41,363 bases of DNA from Candidatus Parcubacteria bacterium. GTDB lineage: Bacteria > Patescibacteriota > Minisyncoccia > Minisyncoccales > JAGMDC01. Shown here one piece after another: positions 31,787-39,685 of the stretch; the stretch's first letter is position 1, and every line of letters begins with the position of its first letter. The notes beneath the pieces are model-generated. The model was not told where the DNA came from, did not search any database, and saw only the letters and a list, made by a program, of their open reading frames with translations. Location of the stretch: NCBI GenBank assembly GCA_023131895.1, contig JAGLYZ010000002.1, forward strand, positions 1 to 41,363. The letters are read 5' to 3'. The translations under genes were made by a program, and so were the position numbers.

Positions 31787-32296
31787 CTATTTTATAAGGT
31801 CTTTAAGTTTTTGCCATAATCCTTTGCCGGCTTCAGGAATTTCTTGTTTTAATTCTTGTTTTTCTTTCTCAAATTCTTGCTCAATAACTGGTTTTCTTTC
31901 AATGATTTTTTCATTTATGAAACTTTTAATTTTATCTAATATATTTTGGATCCAGGGCTTAATGGTTTCATGCCAAATACCTGAAAACCAGTCTACTGCC
32001 TCGTTAAACCATAATCTAAGGGTTGGCATGATACTCTTTAGCCATGGCAAAACCGATGTTTTCCACCAATTAGAAACCTTTTCTGCCATTTTTTGCCAAA
32101 AAGGCAGAACTTTGTTTTGCCAGATATCCTTCATTATATTTGGCAATGGCTTAACCAATCTTATTATAAAATCTTTTGCCTCTGTAAAAGTACTCGGAGC
32201 TTCAACAGTTGTCTGGGCAAAACAAAAACTCGGCAAAATTAAACCAGCTATTGACAAAATTAATATATTTTTGTATAATTTTAAGTAGTTCATCAT
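31787..32296 (-). CDS. Secreted Trp-rich hypothetical protein
   Basis: Signal peptide MMNYLKLYKNILILSIAGLILPSFCFAQTT, then an amphipathic helical region with 11 Trp residues (WQNKVLPFWQKMAEKVSNWWKTSVLPWLK...). I recognise no family. Confidence 0.6.
   Translation of the reverse strand: MMNYLKLYKNILILSIAGLILPSFCFAQTTVEAPSTFTEAKDFIIRLVKPLPNIMKDIWQNKVLPFWQKMAEKVSNWWKTSVLPWLKSIMPTLRLWFNEAVDWFSGIWHETIKPWIQNILDKIKSFINEKIIERKPVIEQEFEKEKQELKQEIPEAGKGLWQKLKDLIK
32251..32279 (+). promoter_or_regulatory. Perfect consensus sigma70 promoter TTGACA-17-TATAAT
   Basis: TTGACA at 32251-32256, a 17-nt spacer, and TATAAT at 32274-32279. It lies inside the 5' coding region of the minus-strand Trp-rich gene and points at the 37-aa ORF. 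Confidence 0.6.
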
Positions 32297-32311
32297 AGGA
32301 GGTGAAAAAAA

Positions 32312-32425
32312 ATGGCGAAGATAGGATTGATATTAATAATGGGATTAATACTGGGGTTATTTTGTGTTGCTTCCTTGGTAATGGTTGCCGAAAAATTTGC
32401 TTTAATATTATTCTTGCTTTTATAA
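32312..32425 (+). CDS. 37-aa hydrophobic micro-protein
   Basis: MAKIGLILIMGLILGLFCVASLVMVAEKFALILFLLL*. AGGAGGTG (32297-32304) lies 7 nt before the ATG, with a consensus promoter upstream and a terminator downstream. It is not in the ORF track because it is too short. Confidence 0.5.
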   Translation: MAKIGLILIMGLILGLFCVASLVMVAEKFALILFLLL

Positions 32426-32507
32426 TATTTTTATCAGGAATCATAAGAATAATACTAAACAGGATCGAGAAAAAAATGACATACCCCAAACCTAAGTTTT
32501 AATTTAA

Positions 32508-32549
32508 ACAGCTTTTTATATACAGTTCTCTAAGAGCTGTCTTTTTTTT
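32508..32549 (+). terminator. Rho-independent terminator after the 37-aa ORF
   Basis: 9-bp stem ACAGCTTTT / AAGAGCTGT (one G.T pair), a 15-nt loop, then CTTTTTTTT. Confidence 0.5.
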
Positions 32550-32565
32550 ATTTTAAACCAATAAA

Positions 32566-34113
32566 TTAATTTTTGGAGAACAGTTCTCTGGCTTCTTTAA
32601 TTCTTTTAATAGACTTCTCTTTTCCTAGAATGTCAGCGACTTCAAAAGGCCCGGCAGACGCCTTTTTTCCTGTCAGAGCCACTCTTAATGGCCATAAAAG
32701 CTTTCCTCTATCCCCTGCCTTCCCTGCTTCAAACATTAAAATCTTTTCTAAGTTCTCTTTATTAAAATCTTTAGATTCTATTTTAGACAATATTTTCTCT
32801 AATTTGTCAAGAGTATCATTAACTTCTTTATCTGTCATATCCTTCCATTTTAACAAATCTTTATTATATTCTAATCTCTTCTTAAAAAAGAAATCCGTAA
32901 ATTCAGCAATCTCTGATAAATATCTTAATCTTTCATGGTATGCTTTTACGACTTTTATTAAATAATCGCAGCCAATGATTTCGCCTGTTTCTTTTATTTT
33001 AAACTCTGGTTTTTTTTCTTTGAATAATTCAAATTTTTGAGAACTGTTCTCCTTAGGAGAACAGTTCTCTATAGTTGATACCCATTGTTCTATTAAACCT
33101 GCTTTTATTAAATAAGGAATGCATAATTCAGCTAGCCTTTTATTTGATTTCTGACGGATGTAAAATCCGTTTAAATAGTCAAGCCGTTTGATGTTAAAAA
33201 TCGCGCCTCCTTTTTGAATTTTTTCTAATGAGAACTCTTTAATTAGTGAAGGCAAGACATAGATTTCTCTTTCTGTTCCAGGATTCCAGCCTAAAAATGC
33301 CATAAAATTGATTAAAGTTTCCTTAAGATAACCTTTTTCTTGATATTCTGTGATAGAGGAAGCGCCGTGCCTCTTGCTTAGTTTGCTTCTATCAGGACCC
33401 AATATCAGTGGTAAATGCGCGTATTTTGGATGAGAAAAACCTAATGCTTGTTGAATAAGAATTTGTTTTGGCGTATTAGAAATATGATCTTCTCCTCTAA
33501 TAACATTGGAAATTTCCATTTCAGAATCATCAATAGCTGCGGCAAAATTATAAAAAGGTTTTTTCAATCCTTTGCTAATAATAAAATCACCAATTAGTTT
33601 GGATATAAATTCAATTTTCCCTCTGATTAAATCATCAAAAACTATTTTTTTTGCTGTTTCCGGAACTTTAAACCTGATAACAAAAGGTTTTTTTTCTTTT
33701 AACTTCTTTTCAACTTCTTTTTTAGAAAGCCCCCTGCACTTGCCTGAATAATTAAGAGCTTGACCTACAGAAATTTGATATTCTTTTTGAGCTTCCAATT
33801 CTTCTTCTGTGCAGAAACAATAGTATGCTTTGTCTTCATCTAAAAGTTTTCTGATATATTTTTCATAAATATCTAATCTTTCGCTTTGTTTATAAAATTC
33901 ATCACATTTTAATCCAAGCCATTCCAGGCTTTCCATAATATTTTTTTCATATTCTGGTTTTGATCTTTCTAAATCAGTGTCTTCAATTCTTAAAATAAAC
34001 TGCCCCTGGTTTTGTTTGGCAAAAATATAATTAAAAAGAGCTGTCCTGGCAGTTCCAATATGCAAGAGTCCTGTAGGCGATGGAGCAATTCTTGTTCTAA
34101 TTTGATTAGTCAT
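32566..34113 (-). CDS. gltX: Glutamyl-tRNA synthetase
   Basis: RTRIAPSPTGLLHIGTARTALFNY (HIGH) and KLSKRHG (KMSKS). The preferred start is ATG 34113 (MTNQIRTR), 1 nt after the murG stop. The track ORF extends to 34149. Confidence 0.93.
   Translation of the reverse strand: MTNQIRTRIAPSPTGLLHIGTARTALFNYIFAKQNQGQFILRIEDTDLERSKPEYEKNIMESLEWLGLKCDEFYKQSERLDIYEKYIRKLLDEDKAYYCFCTEEELEAQKEYQISVGQALNYSGKCRGLSKKEVEKKLKEKKPFVIRFKVPETAKKIVFDDLIRGKIEFISKLIGDFIISKGLKKPFYNFAAAIDDSEMEISNVIRGEDHISNTPKQILIQQALGFSHPKYAHLPLILGPDRSKLSKRHGASSITEYQEKGYLKETLINFMAFLGWNPGTEREIYVLPSLIKEFSLEKIQKGGAIFNIKRLDYLNGFYIRQKSNKRLAELCIPYLIKAGLIEQWVSTIENCSPKENSSQKFELFKEKKPEFKIKETGEIIGCDYLIKVVKAYHERLRYLSEIAEFTDFFFKKRLEYNKDLLKWKDMTDKEVNDTLDKLEKILSKIESKDFNKENLEKILMFEAGKAGDRGKLLWPLRVALTGKKASAGPFEVADILGKEKSIKRIKEARELFSKN
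32576..32588. repeat. GAGAAC-A-GTTCTC palindrome unit at the gltX 3' end
   Basis: The 15-mer GGAGAACAGTTCTCT (32575-32589) is identical to 33056-33070. Confidence 0.85.
33039..33069. repeat. In-CDS 31-nt perfect palindrome made of two GAGAAC-N-GTTCTC units
   Basis: GAGAACTGTTCTCCT-T-AGGAGAACAGTTCTC (15+1+15). It is in-frame in gltX and encodes ENCSPKENSS. Confidence 0.9.
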
Positions 34114-34114
34114 T

Positions 34115-35245
34115 TTATTGTTTAAGGTATTCAACAATATATTCAGCAATTATATTTGCTGCTTTTGGCTTTGAGAATTTTTTTGCTTTTTCTGCCATTT
34201 CCTTCATTGCATGCCTTTGCGCAAACAAGTGTTTCAGTTTTTCTAAAAAGAAATGAGGCGTAAAATTGGATTCCTCAATAACTATAGAAGCGCCTGTTCC
34301 GGCAAAACAATAAGCGTTTTTTAATTGATGGTTTTGTGCTGATTCTGGCAAAGGAATTAAAATAGATGGTTTGCCCAAAGCAGCGATTTCAAAAATAGAG
34401 CCAGAGCCAGCCCTGGAGATAATAAGGTCAGAAGCCGCATAAGCATTTTTTAAAGTTTTTTCATCTAATACTGGAAAGACATGATAAAAATTTTCTAATC
34501 CCTTAGGAATAACGACTTTAGCTTCAGATTGAACTCCTTTGAAATTTTTCAAACCAACTTGATGAATTACTTCAAACTCTCTTAGAAAATCTGGCAGAAT
34601 TTGCAAGATTTTGTCATTAATCCTTTGAGCTCCTTGAGAGCCGCCTAGAATCAAAATAACTGGCTTTGTCCCGCTTAATTTTAACATCCTTTGCGCCTCT
34701 TTTTTATCTCCTTGCAGGATTTCAATTCTGATAGGGTTTCCAATAGAAATTAATTTTTCTTGCGGAAAAAATTCAGTTTTTTGGACAGGAAAAGAAACAA
34801 AAATTTCTAAGGAAAATTTAGTTAAAATTCGGTTGGCCAACCCAGCTGCAGTATCAGATTCATGCAGGAAGATTGGTACTCGCAAAAACCAGCCGGAAAA
34901 AACTGCTGGGATTGAGCCATATCCCCCTTTGCTGAAAATAATCTCAGGTGCAAGAGTAAAAATGTGCCAGAACGACTGGCAAATTCCAATAGGCGTTTTA
35001 AATAAAACATCTATTATATTATGGAAAAAACTTTTTATGCCTATATATCTTCTGACTTTTCCAGCTATTATTGTTTTAATCTTAATTCCTTCTTTAGAAA
35101 GCAAAGCAGAACCAAAATCATCTTTTGGCCCAATATAATGAAAAATCAATTCCTGATTATTATAGATTTTTTTAATTTCTCTTGTGATAGCGATAATTGG
35201 ATAAATATGGCCTCCAGTACCGCCGCCTGTGAATAAAATTTTCAT
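34115..35245 (-). CDS. murG: Lipid II synthase MurG (UDP-GlcNAc transferase)
   Basis: MKILFTGGGTGGHIYP start and the C-terminal GT-B motifs (ISRAGSGSIFEIAALGKPSILIP...QNHQLKNA). The track ORF extends to 35290, but ATG 35245 fits the family N-terminus. Confidence 0.92.
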   Translation of the reverse strand: MKILFTGGGTGGHIYPIIAITREIKKIYNNQELIFHYIGPKDDFGSALLSKEGIKIKTIIAGKVRRYIGIKSFFHNIIDVLFKTPIGICQSFWHIFTLAPEIIFSKGGYGSIPAVFSGWFLRVPIFLHESDTAAGLANRILTKFSLEIFVSFPVQKTEFFPQEKLISIGNPIRIEILQGDKKEAQRMLKLSGTKPVILILGGSQGAQRINDKILQILPDFLREFEVIHQVGLKNFKGVQSEAKVVIPKGLENFYHVFPVLDEKTLKNAYAASDLIISRAGSGSIFEIAALGKPSILIPLPESAQNHQLKNAYCFAGTGASIVIEESNFTPHFFLEKLKHLFAQRHAMKEMAEKAKKFSKPKAANIIAEYIVEYLKQ

Positions 35246-35249
35246 ATTT

Positions 35250-36407
35250 TTAAATGTTTTTTGATATATTAAATAATAGTCCGATTCCAATCATTTCTGC
35301 TAATAGATGCGAGCCGCCATAACTTATAAATGGCAAAGGTATGCCGGTTAATGGAAAGATGCCAATCATAGAACTAATATGGATTAAGGCCTGAATAGAA
35401 ATCCAAGAGCAAATTCCTAAAACTAGAAGCCTGGCAAACTCATCAACAGTTTTTTTATAAATTTTATATCCCTGCCAGAAAAAAAATAGAAAAAGCAGAA
35501 TTAAAAACATAGCTCCAATAAAACCGGTCTCTTCAGCATATATAGAAAAAATTGAATCAGACATTGATTGCGGTAAAAATCCAAATTTTTGGTATGACAT
35601 CCCTAAACCTACGCCAAATATGCCTCCAGAACCAATAGCTATTAATGACTGTTTTATTTGATAGCTTATACCCATTGGTTCTATTCTCGGGTCAAATAAA
35701 GTTAATATTCGATTAAGCCTATAAGGAGCGGTTTTTATTAAAATAATTAAAGCTGATACTCCTAATAAAATCATAAAGATGCTATGCCAGAAAGGCGTTC
35801 CAGCAGAAAAATACATTAAAAGAGCTGTTATGAGAATAATGCCCAAAGTGCTGATATCTGGCTGTTTGATTAAGAACAAACTGATTAAACTAATAATTAT
35901 TAAAAAAGGAGCCAATGTTTTGTATATTGTTTCAGTAATTTGCTCTTTATTCCATTTTTTTATCCATTTTATTTTTTCTTTGCTGTTTTTAATTCCATGA
36001 CTGAAATTACTTAACCAAGCAGCTAAATAAACGATAAAACTGATTTTTAAAAATTCTGATGGTTGGAAAGAAACAAAACCAAGATTTATCCATCTGGAAG
36101 CTCCGTAAACATGGAAGCTGATTTGAGGAATAAAAACAAGGCCCAATAAAACCAGATTTCCTAAAAGCAGGGCTAAAGACCATTTTCTTATTAGAGACAA
36201 AGGAACTTTGTAAGCCAAAAAACCTAAAATAATTCCAGGTATTAATCCATATTTGATTTGATGAATTAAATAATAAGAGCTATAACCAAATTTTTCTTGA
36301 GAGATAGGCGCTGAAATGCCGGCTAAAACTATAATCCCTAATCCTATTAAAGTAATTATTGTCCCTAAAAAGACATAATTAGAATATAAGAAACTATCTC
36401 TTTTCAT
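35250..36407 (-). CDS. ftsW: SEDS-family peptidoglycan polymerase FtsW/RodA
   Basis: 10-TM SEDS architecture, QPSEFLK, and a C-terminal PLTGIPLPFISYGGSHL motif. Located between murD and murG. TATAAT lies 7 nt upstream of the ATG. Confidence 0.9.
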   Translation of the reverse strand: MKRDSFLYSNYVFLGTIITLIGLGIIVLAGISAPISQEKFGYSSYYLIHQIKYGLIPGIILGFLAYKVPLSLIRKWSLALLLGNLVLLGLVFIPQISFHVYGASRWINLGFVSFQPSEFLKISFIVYLAAWLSNFSHGIKNSKEKIKWIKKWNKEQITETIYKTLAPFLIIISLISLFLIKQPDISTLGIILITALLMYFSAGTPFWHSIFMILLGVSALIILIKTAPYRLNRILTLFDPRIEPMGISYQIKQSLIAIGSGGIFGVGLGMSYQKFGFLPQSMSDSIFSIYAEETGFIGAMFLILLFLFFFWQGYKIYKKTVDEFARLLVLGICSWISIQALIHISSMIGIFPLTGIPLPFISYGGSHLLAEMIGIGLLFNISKNI

Positions 36408-36415
36408 TATTAGTA

Positions 36416-37726
36416 TTATAACATTTTTATGTATTTTTTAAATAAATCGCCTCTTTCTTGATAATCTTTAAAAATGTTGAAACTTGGCGAAGCTGGCGAC
36501 AATAAGCAGATTTTCCCTTTTTTAGTATGTTTATAAGCCAATTTTACTGCTTCTTTCATGTTATCAACAAAAAAAGCTTTAAACCGTTTTTTGGAAACAA
36601 TAGAAGTCCAAATTTTTTTGCCAGTTTCTGGAAATAAGATTAAGGTTTTCACCTTACTTCTTGATATTACTTTTCCTAATTCTTTAAAATTCAATCCCCT
36701 GTCATAACCGCCTAAAATTAATGTTTGAACATTCTTGCCCAAAGCATTTATTGCCTCTATGGCTGTTTCAGGAATAGTAGAAAGAGAATCATTATAAAAA
36801 GTAATTCCTTTATGGGTGCCCACAAACTCTAATCGATGTGGCAAAGGTTTAAAATTTTTAATTGACTTGGCAATGTTTTTTGAAGAAATTCCCAAAATTT
36901 TTCCAACAGCCACAGCAGCCATTACATTTTGGAGATTTAATTTACCAATTAAAGAAATCTTATCTCTAATTTGTATATTCGTAATAAATTCGTAATTCGT
37001 AGGAATTGGAATTTTCTTGGCTTTGGATTTCGCGGCAATTCCTTTCACTATTTTATTTTTGACATTATAAATCAAATAATCATTTTTTGCCTGCCAGCGA
37101 GTTATATTTTCTTTTGTTTTAATATATTCTTTAAAACTTTTATAATAATCAAGATGCTCTGGATAAATATTTAATAGAATAGCTATATGAGGACTTTTTT
37201 TAAGATTATATAGTTGATGGCAAGATAATTCATAAACAAAAATATCATTTTCCTTTGCTTTTTCTAAATAAGATAAAACTGGTTTTCCAATGTTGCCAAT
37301 TAAATTTACCCTGTTAAATTCCTCCTTTAATATCTGATAGATTAAAGAAGCAGTTGTGCTTTTTCCTTTTGTGCCAGTAACCCCGATAATTATTCCAGGG
37401 CAGTTTTTAAAAAATATTTCGGTCTGCGAAATTATCTTTCCTTGTTTTAAAGCCCTTTCAACCTCTGGCAAAAGGATTGGAACACCTGGTGATTTAATTA
37501 TAATATCGTAATTTTTTATGGCTTTGAGGTATCCTTTGCCAAAATATGATTTGACTTTTTTATCTTTTTTAATTAAACTTTTAACTTCCAATTGGTCTGC
37601 CAATCCCAAAATTTTATTCGGAAATAGCCTTCTCAAAAATTTGAAGTTATCTATTCCCTCTTTTCCTAAACCTAAAACCAGTATTGTTTTGTCTTCTAAT
37701 TCGTTTAGCTTCATTTTTTTTATCAT
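36416..37726 (-). CDS. murD: UDP-MurNAc-L-Ala--Glu ligase (MurD family)
   Basis: N-terminal Rossmann LVLGLGKEG and the Mur-ligase P-loop [14 protein letters not shown], at the dcw position between mraY and ftsW. An alternative start at ATG 37714 (MKLNELEDK) fits the promoter better. Confidence 0.9.
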   Translation of the reverse strand: MIKKMKLNELEDKTILVLGLGKEGIDNFKFLRRLFPNKILGLADQLEVKSLIKKDKKVKSYFGKGYLKAIKNYDIIIKSPGVPILLPEVERALKQGKIISQTEIFFKNCPGIIIGVTGTKGKSTTASLIYQILKEEFNRVNLIGNIGKPVLSYLEKAKENDIFVYELSCHQLYNLKKSPHIAILLNIYPEHLDYYKSFKEYIKTKENITRWQAKNDYLIYNVKNKIVKGIAAKSKAKKIPIPTNYEFITNIQIRDKISLIGKLNLQNVMAAVAVGKILGISSKNIAKSIKNFKPLPHRLEFVGTHKGITFYNDSLSTIPETAIEAINALGKNVQTLILGGYDRGLNFKELGKVISRSKVKTLILFPETGKKIWTSIVSKKRFKAFFVDNMKEAVKLAYKHTKKGKICLLSPASPSFNIFKDYQERGDLFKKYIKML

Positions 37727-37750
37727 AGCTTAAAATCCTCAAATCGTCAA
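37722..37750 (-). promoter_or_regulatory. Sigma70 promoter TTGACG-17-TATGAT for murD-ftsW-murG-gltX
   Basis: On the minus strand: TTGACG (37750-37745), a 17-nt spacer, and TATGAT (37727-37722). The second ATG (37714) is 8 nt after the -10 hexamer. Confidence 0.45.
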
Positions 37751-37776
37751 AAAAAATAAGGGAACTAATCGTTCCC
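37749..37776 (-). terminator. Rho-independent terminator after the two micro-genes
   Basis: The minus strand reads GGGAAC-GATTA-GTTCCC followed by TTATTTTTTTT. Confidence 0.6.
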
Positions 37777-37788
37777 ATCTTTTATTTT

Positions 37789-38025
37789 TTACTCTTTTAT
37801 TTTTTGTTTTTCTAGCCACTTCCTGCCTTTTTCTGTAAGCATTGGAAATTCGCCAATTAGACCAACTCTTAGTTCAAGATTTAATAAGTCTTCCCTGTGA
37901 GCCCATTCTATAACTTCAGCAATGTTATTAGCTCCATATATTTCCAACAAATTCAGATTTTGCAGTATTCGCCTTCTTATCCGGTCTTTTGTTGCTATCT
38001 TTATTTCTTCTCCCATTTTTATCAC
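37789..38025 (-). CDS. Hypothetical 75-78-aa soluble protein
   Basis: The GTG at 38025 overlaps the stop of the 43-aa ORF (GTGA); an alternative ATG is at 38016. The segment RIRRRILQNLNL...IAEVIEWAHREDLL faintly resembles the last helices of LuxR-type HTH domains, which is weak evidence. Confidence 0.5.
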   Translation of the reverse strand: MIKMGEEIKIATKDRIRRRILQNLNLLEIYGANNIAEVIEWAHREDLLNLELRVGLIGEFPMLTEKGRKWLEKQKIKE

Positions 38026-38153
38026 CCCTTTTGTTTTAGTAATTTCTCTTTCAATGCCTCTTTTAGAGCGAAGAGTACAGCAATTCCAAGCATCACTTCC
38101 ATTATTATTACTGCGATAAATATTGCCATCAAATATCCTATTAGTATGTCCAT
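38022..38153 (-). CDS. 43-aa single-TM micro-protein
   Basis: MDILIGYLMAIFIAVIIMEVMLGIAVLFALKEALKEKLLKQKG*. AAGGAGG lies 8 nt before the ATG, with a near-consensus promoter upstream. It is not in the ORF track. Confidence 0.5.
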   Translation of the reverse strand: MDILIGYLMAIFIAVIIMEVMLGIAVLFALKEALKEKLLKQKG

Positions 38154-38189
38154 TTTATAAACCTCCTTTATTTACTGAAAGGAACTATT

Positions 38190-39650
38190 TTATTTATAAT
38201 ATCCTTTTAATAAAATTTTGTCAAATTTTTTAGGCAAACTGTTTTGCTTATTCCATGAGTTTAATATTTTTTTTGAGTCATTTTCTAATTTCAATTTTGA
38301 GTATTTCGGCAAAATTTTCTTCTCAAAATAATCCAAAACCACTGGCAATTTCTTATTAACCCTCCTTTGCTTAAAGCTACGGAGGGCAAGGTAAAAAGCA
38401 ATCAAACATTCTTTTTTTGTTCCTATGCATTCAAATGGTTTGAACTTGGTCTCCCCTACCAGTTCTTTCATAAGTGGTATTAATTTCTGGTCTTGAAAAA
38501 GGTTTTTATTAAAAATTTCAACAACTTTTTCCTCTTTAATAAAAGGATACAAAATTAAGAAAACAAACAAGCATTTTGAGCACTTACCGCACCATTTGCC
38601 TGTTGGTTTTTTGGTCCAGGAATTTGTTTTTCTTGCTTCGTTACAGCTTAAAAATACAGGAAAATATTCATGAAATTCAGAGAATAATTTTGCTATTTGG
38701 ATTTCATACAAAGGACGCAAAAAACTAAAATAATTTATATCTTTTACTAAGTATTTTTTTAAGTAATTTCTAAATTTATTTTCAAATTCAAATGTTTTAG
38801 ACCATTGATGATTGATCGTTTTGCCAAGATACTTTATATTGCCTTCATCAGCGCTTCTCTCACAGGACATTGCTATATTTTTATATCCAAACAAAACAGC
38901 CGCGAAAACTGCTAAGTTAGAAATTAATGCAGTAATTGGAGTATGACCGTTTAAAAAACCTTTTTGATATAACTTTGATAAAACAAGGTCTACTTTTCGC
39001 CTTACAATTACAGGGTTTTTCGCCCCAGCGATTTTCAAAATTTTAAAATGCCCCTTCTTCGGATTAACAATAAAACAATTTATTTGATTTTTTATGTCCC
39101 TGCCAGATTTTTCAAATTTTTTAAGTAATTCTAATGTAATAATGGAATCCTTTCCTTCACCCATTGGAATTAAAATCTTATCTTCAAGTAAGTTCACGAT
39201 CGTGAGTTTACTTTGATTCTTGTTTATTTCGCTTAGACAACATATTTTTATAAAATCAGGCTTTGTAAAATCAATTTGGTTTTCATAAAAAAATTGTCCC
39301 ATTCCATTAAGGATAAAATCTTTCCACCATTTAATTTGGTCCTTATTTAAATAGCCGGCTTTAATTTCAATTATCGGTGAGCAAGTCGCTTTCCAATAAC
39401 TGGGAATTTCCATTAAACCCAAATGAAAAACAAGATTATCTAATACCTTGTCCCCTATTTGATTTAATCGTTTTTTATCAATATTTCTTATGATTATTTC
39501 CGGTTTAAAGAAAATCGAGCGAGGTCTGTCCTCGTAGTGGGAGATTTTAAAATCAAAAAAAATCTTTAAATCATTTTTAAAGATTTTGTAGGAATAACTT
39601 TCGTAAACAAATCTCGGATATTTTTTCCTTAATCTATCAATCTTATTCAT
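38190..39650 (-). CDS. PP-loop-like (adenine nucleotide alpha-hydrolase-like) protein in the dcw cluster; candidate MurL-type stem-peptide epimerase or modifier
   Basis: 486 aa. It contains an SGGxDS-like motif (IPMGEGKDSIITL) and a C-terminal Cys cluster (CNEARK...WCGKCSKC) of the kind seen in PP-loop ATPases such as QueC-like enzymes. It sits between mraY and murD. TATAAT lies 7 nt upstream of the ATG. The functional call is inference. Confidence 0.6.
   Translation of the reverse strand: MNKIDRLRKKYPRFVYESYSYKIFKNDLKIFFDFKISHYEDRPRSIFFKPEIIIRNIDKKRLNQIGDKVLDNLVFHLGLMEIPSYWKATCSPIIEIKAGYLNKDQIKWWKDFILNGMGQFFYENQIDFTKPDFIKICCLSEINKNQSKLTIVNLLEDKILIPMGEGKDSIITLELLKKFEKSGRDIKNQINCFIVNPKKGHFKILKIAGAKNPVIVRRKVDLVLSKLYQKGFLNGHTPITALISNLAVFAAVLFGYKNIAMSCERSADEGNIKYLGKTINHQWSKTFEFENKFRNYLKKYLVKDINYFSFLRPLYEIQIAKLFSEFHEYFPVFLSCNEARKTNSWTKKPTGKWCGKCSKCLFVFLILYPFIKEEKVVEIFNKNLFQDQKLIPLMKELVGETKFKPFECIGTKKECLIAFYLALRSFKQRRVNKKLPVVLDYFEKKILPKYSKLKLENDSKKILNSWNKQNSLPKKFDKILLKGYYK
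38196..38224 (-). promoter_or_regulatory. Sigma70 promoter TTGACA-17-TATTAT for the micro-gene pair
   Basis: On the minus strand: TTGACA (38224-38219), a 17-nt spacer, and TATTAT (38201-38196). It lies within the last codons of the 486-aa gene. Confidence 0.55.
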
Positions 39651-39685
39651 GTTTTTTATTATATCTTAAAATTTGTCAAGAAGAA

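Noticed and set aside
31824-32288. 154-aa plus-strand ORF antisense to the Trp-rich gene
   Set aside because: The minus-strand frame has a clean signal peptide and amphipathic repeats, whereas the plus frame is Cys/Ser/Phe-rich low complexity with no start context.
32202-32502. The 95-aa minus-strand and 66-aa plus-strand (GTG-start) ORFs from the track
   Set aside because: The minus ORF overlaps the start of the Trp-rich gene and has no signals. The 66-aa frame would start inside the Shine-Dalgarno sequence itself. The 37-aa frame (32312-32425) has correct Shine-Dalgarno spacing and is preferred.
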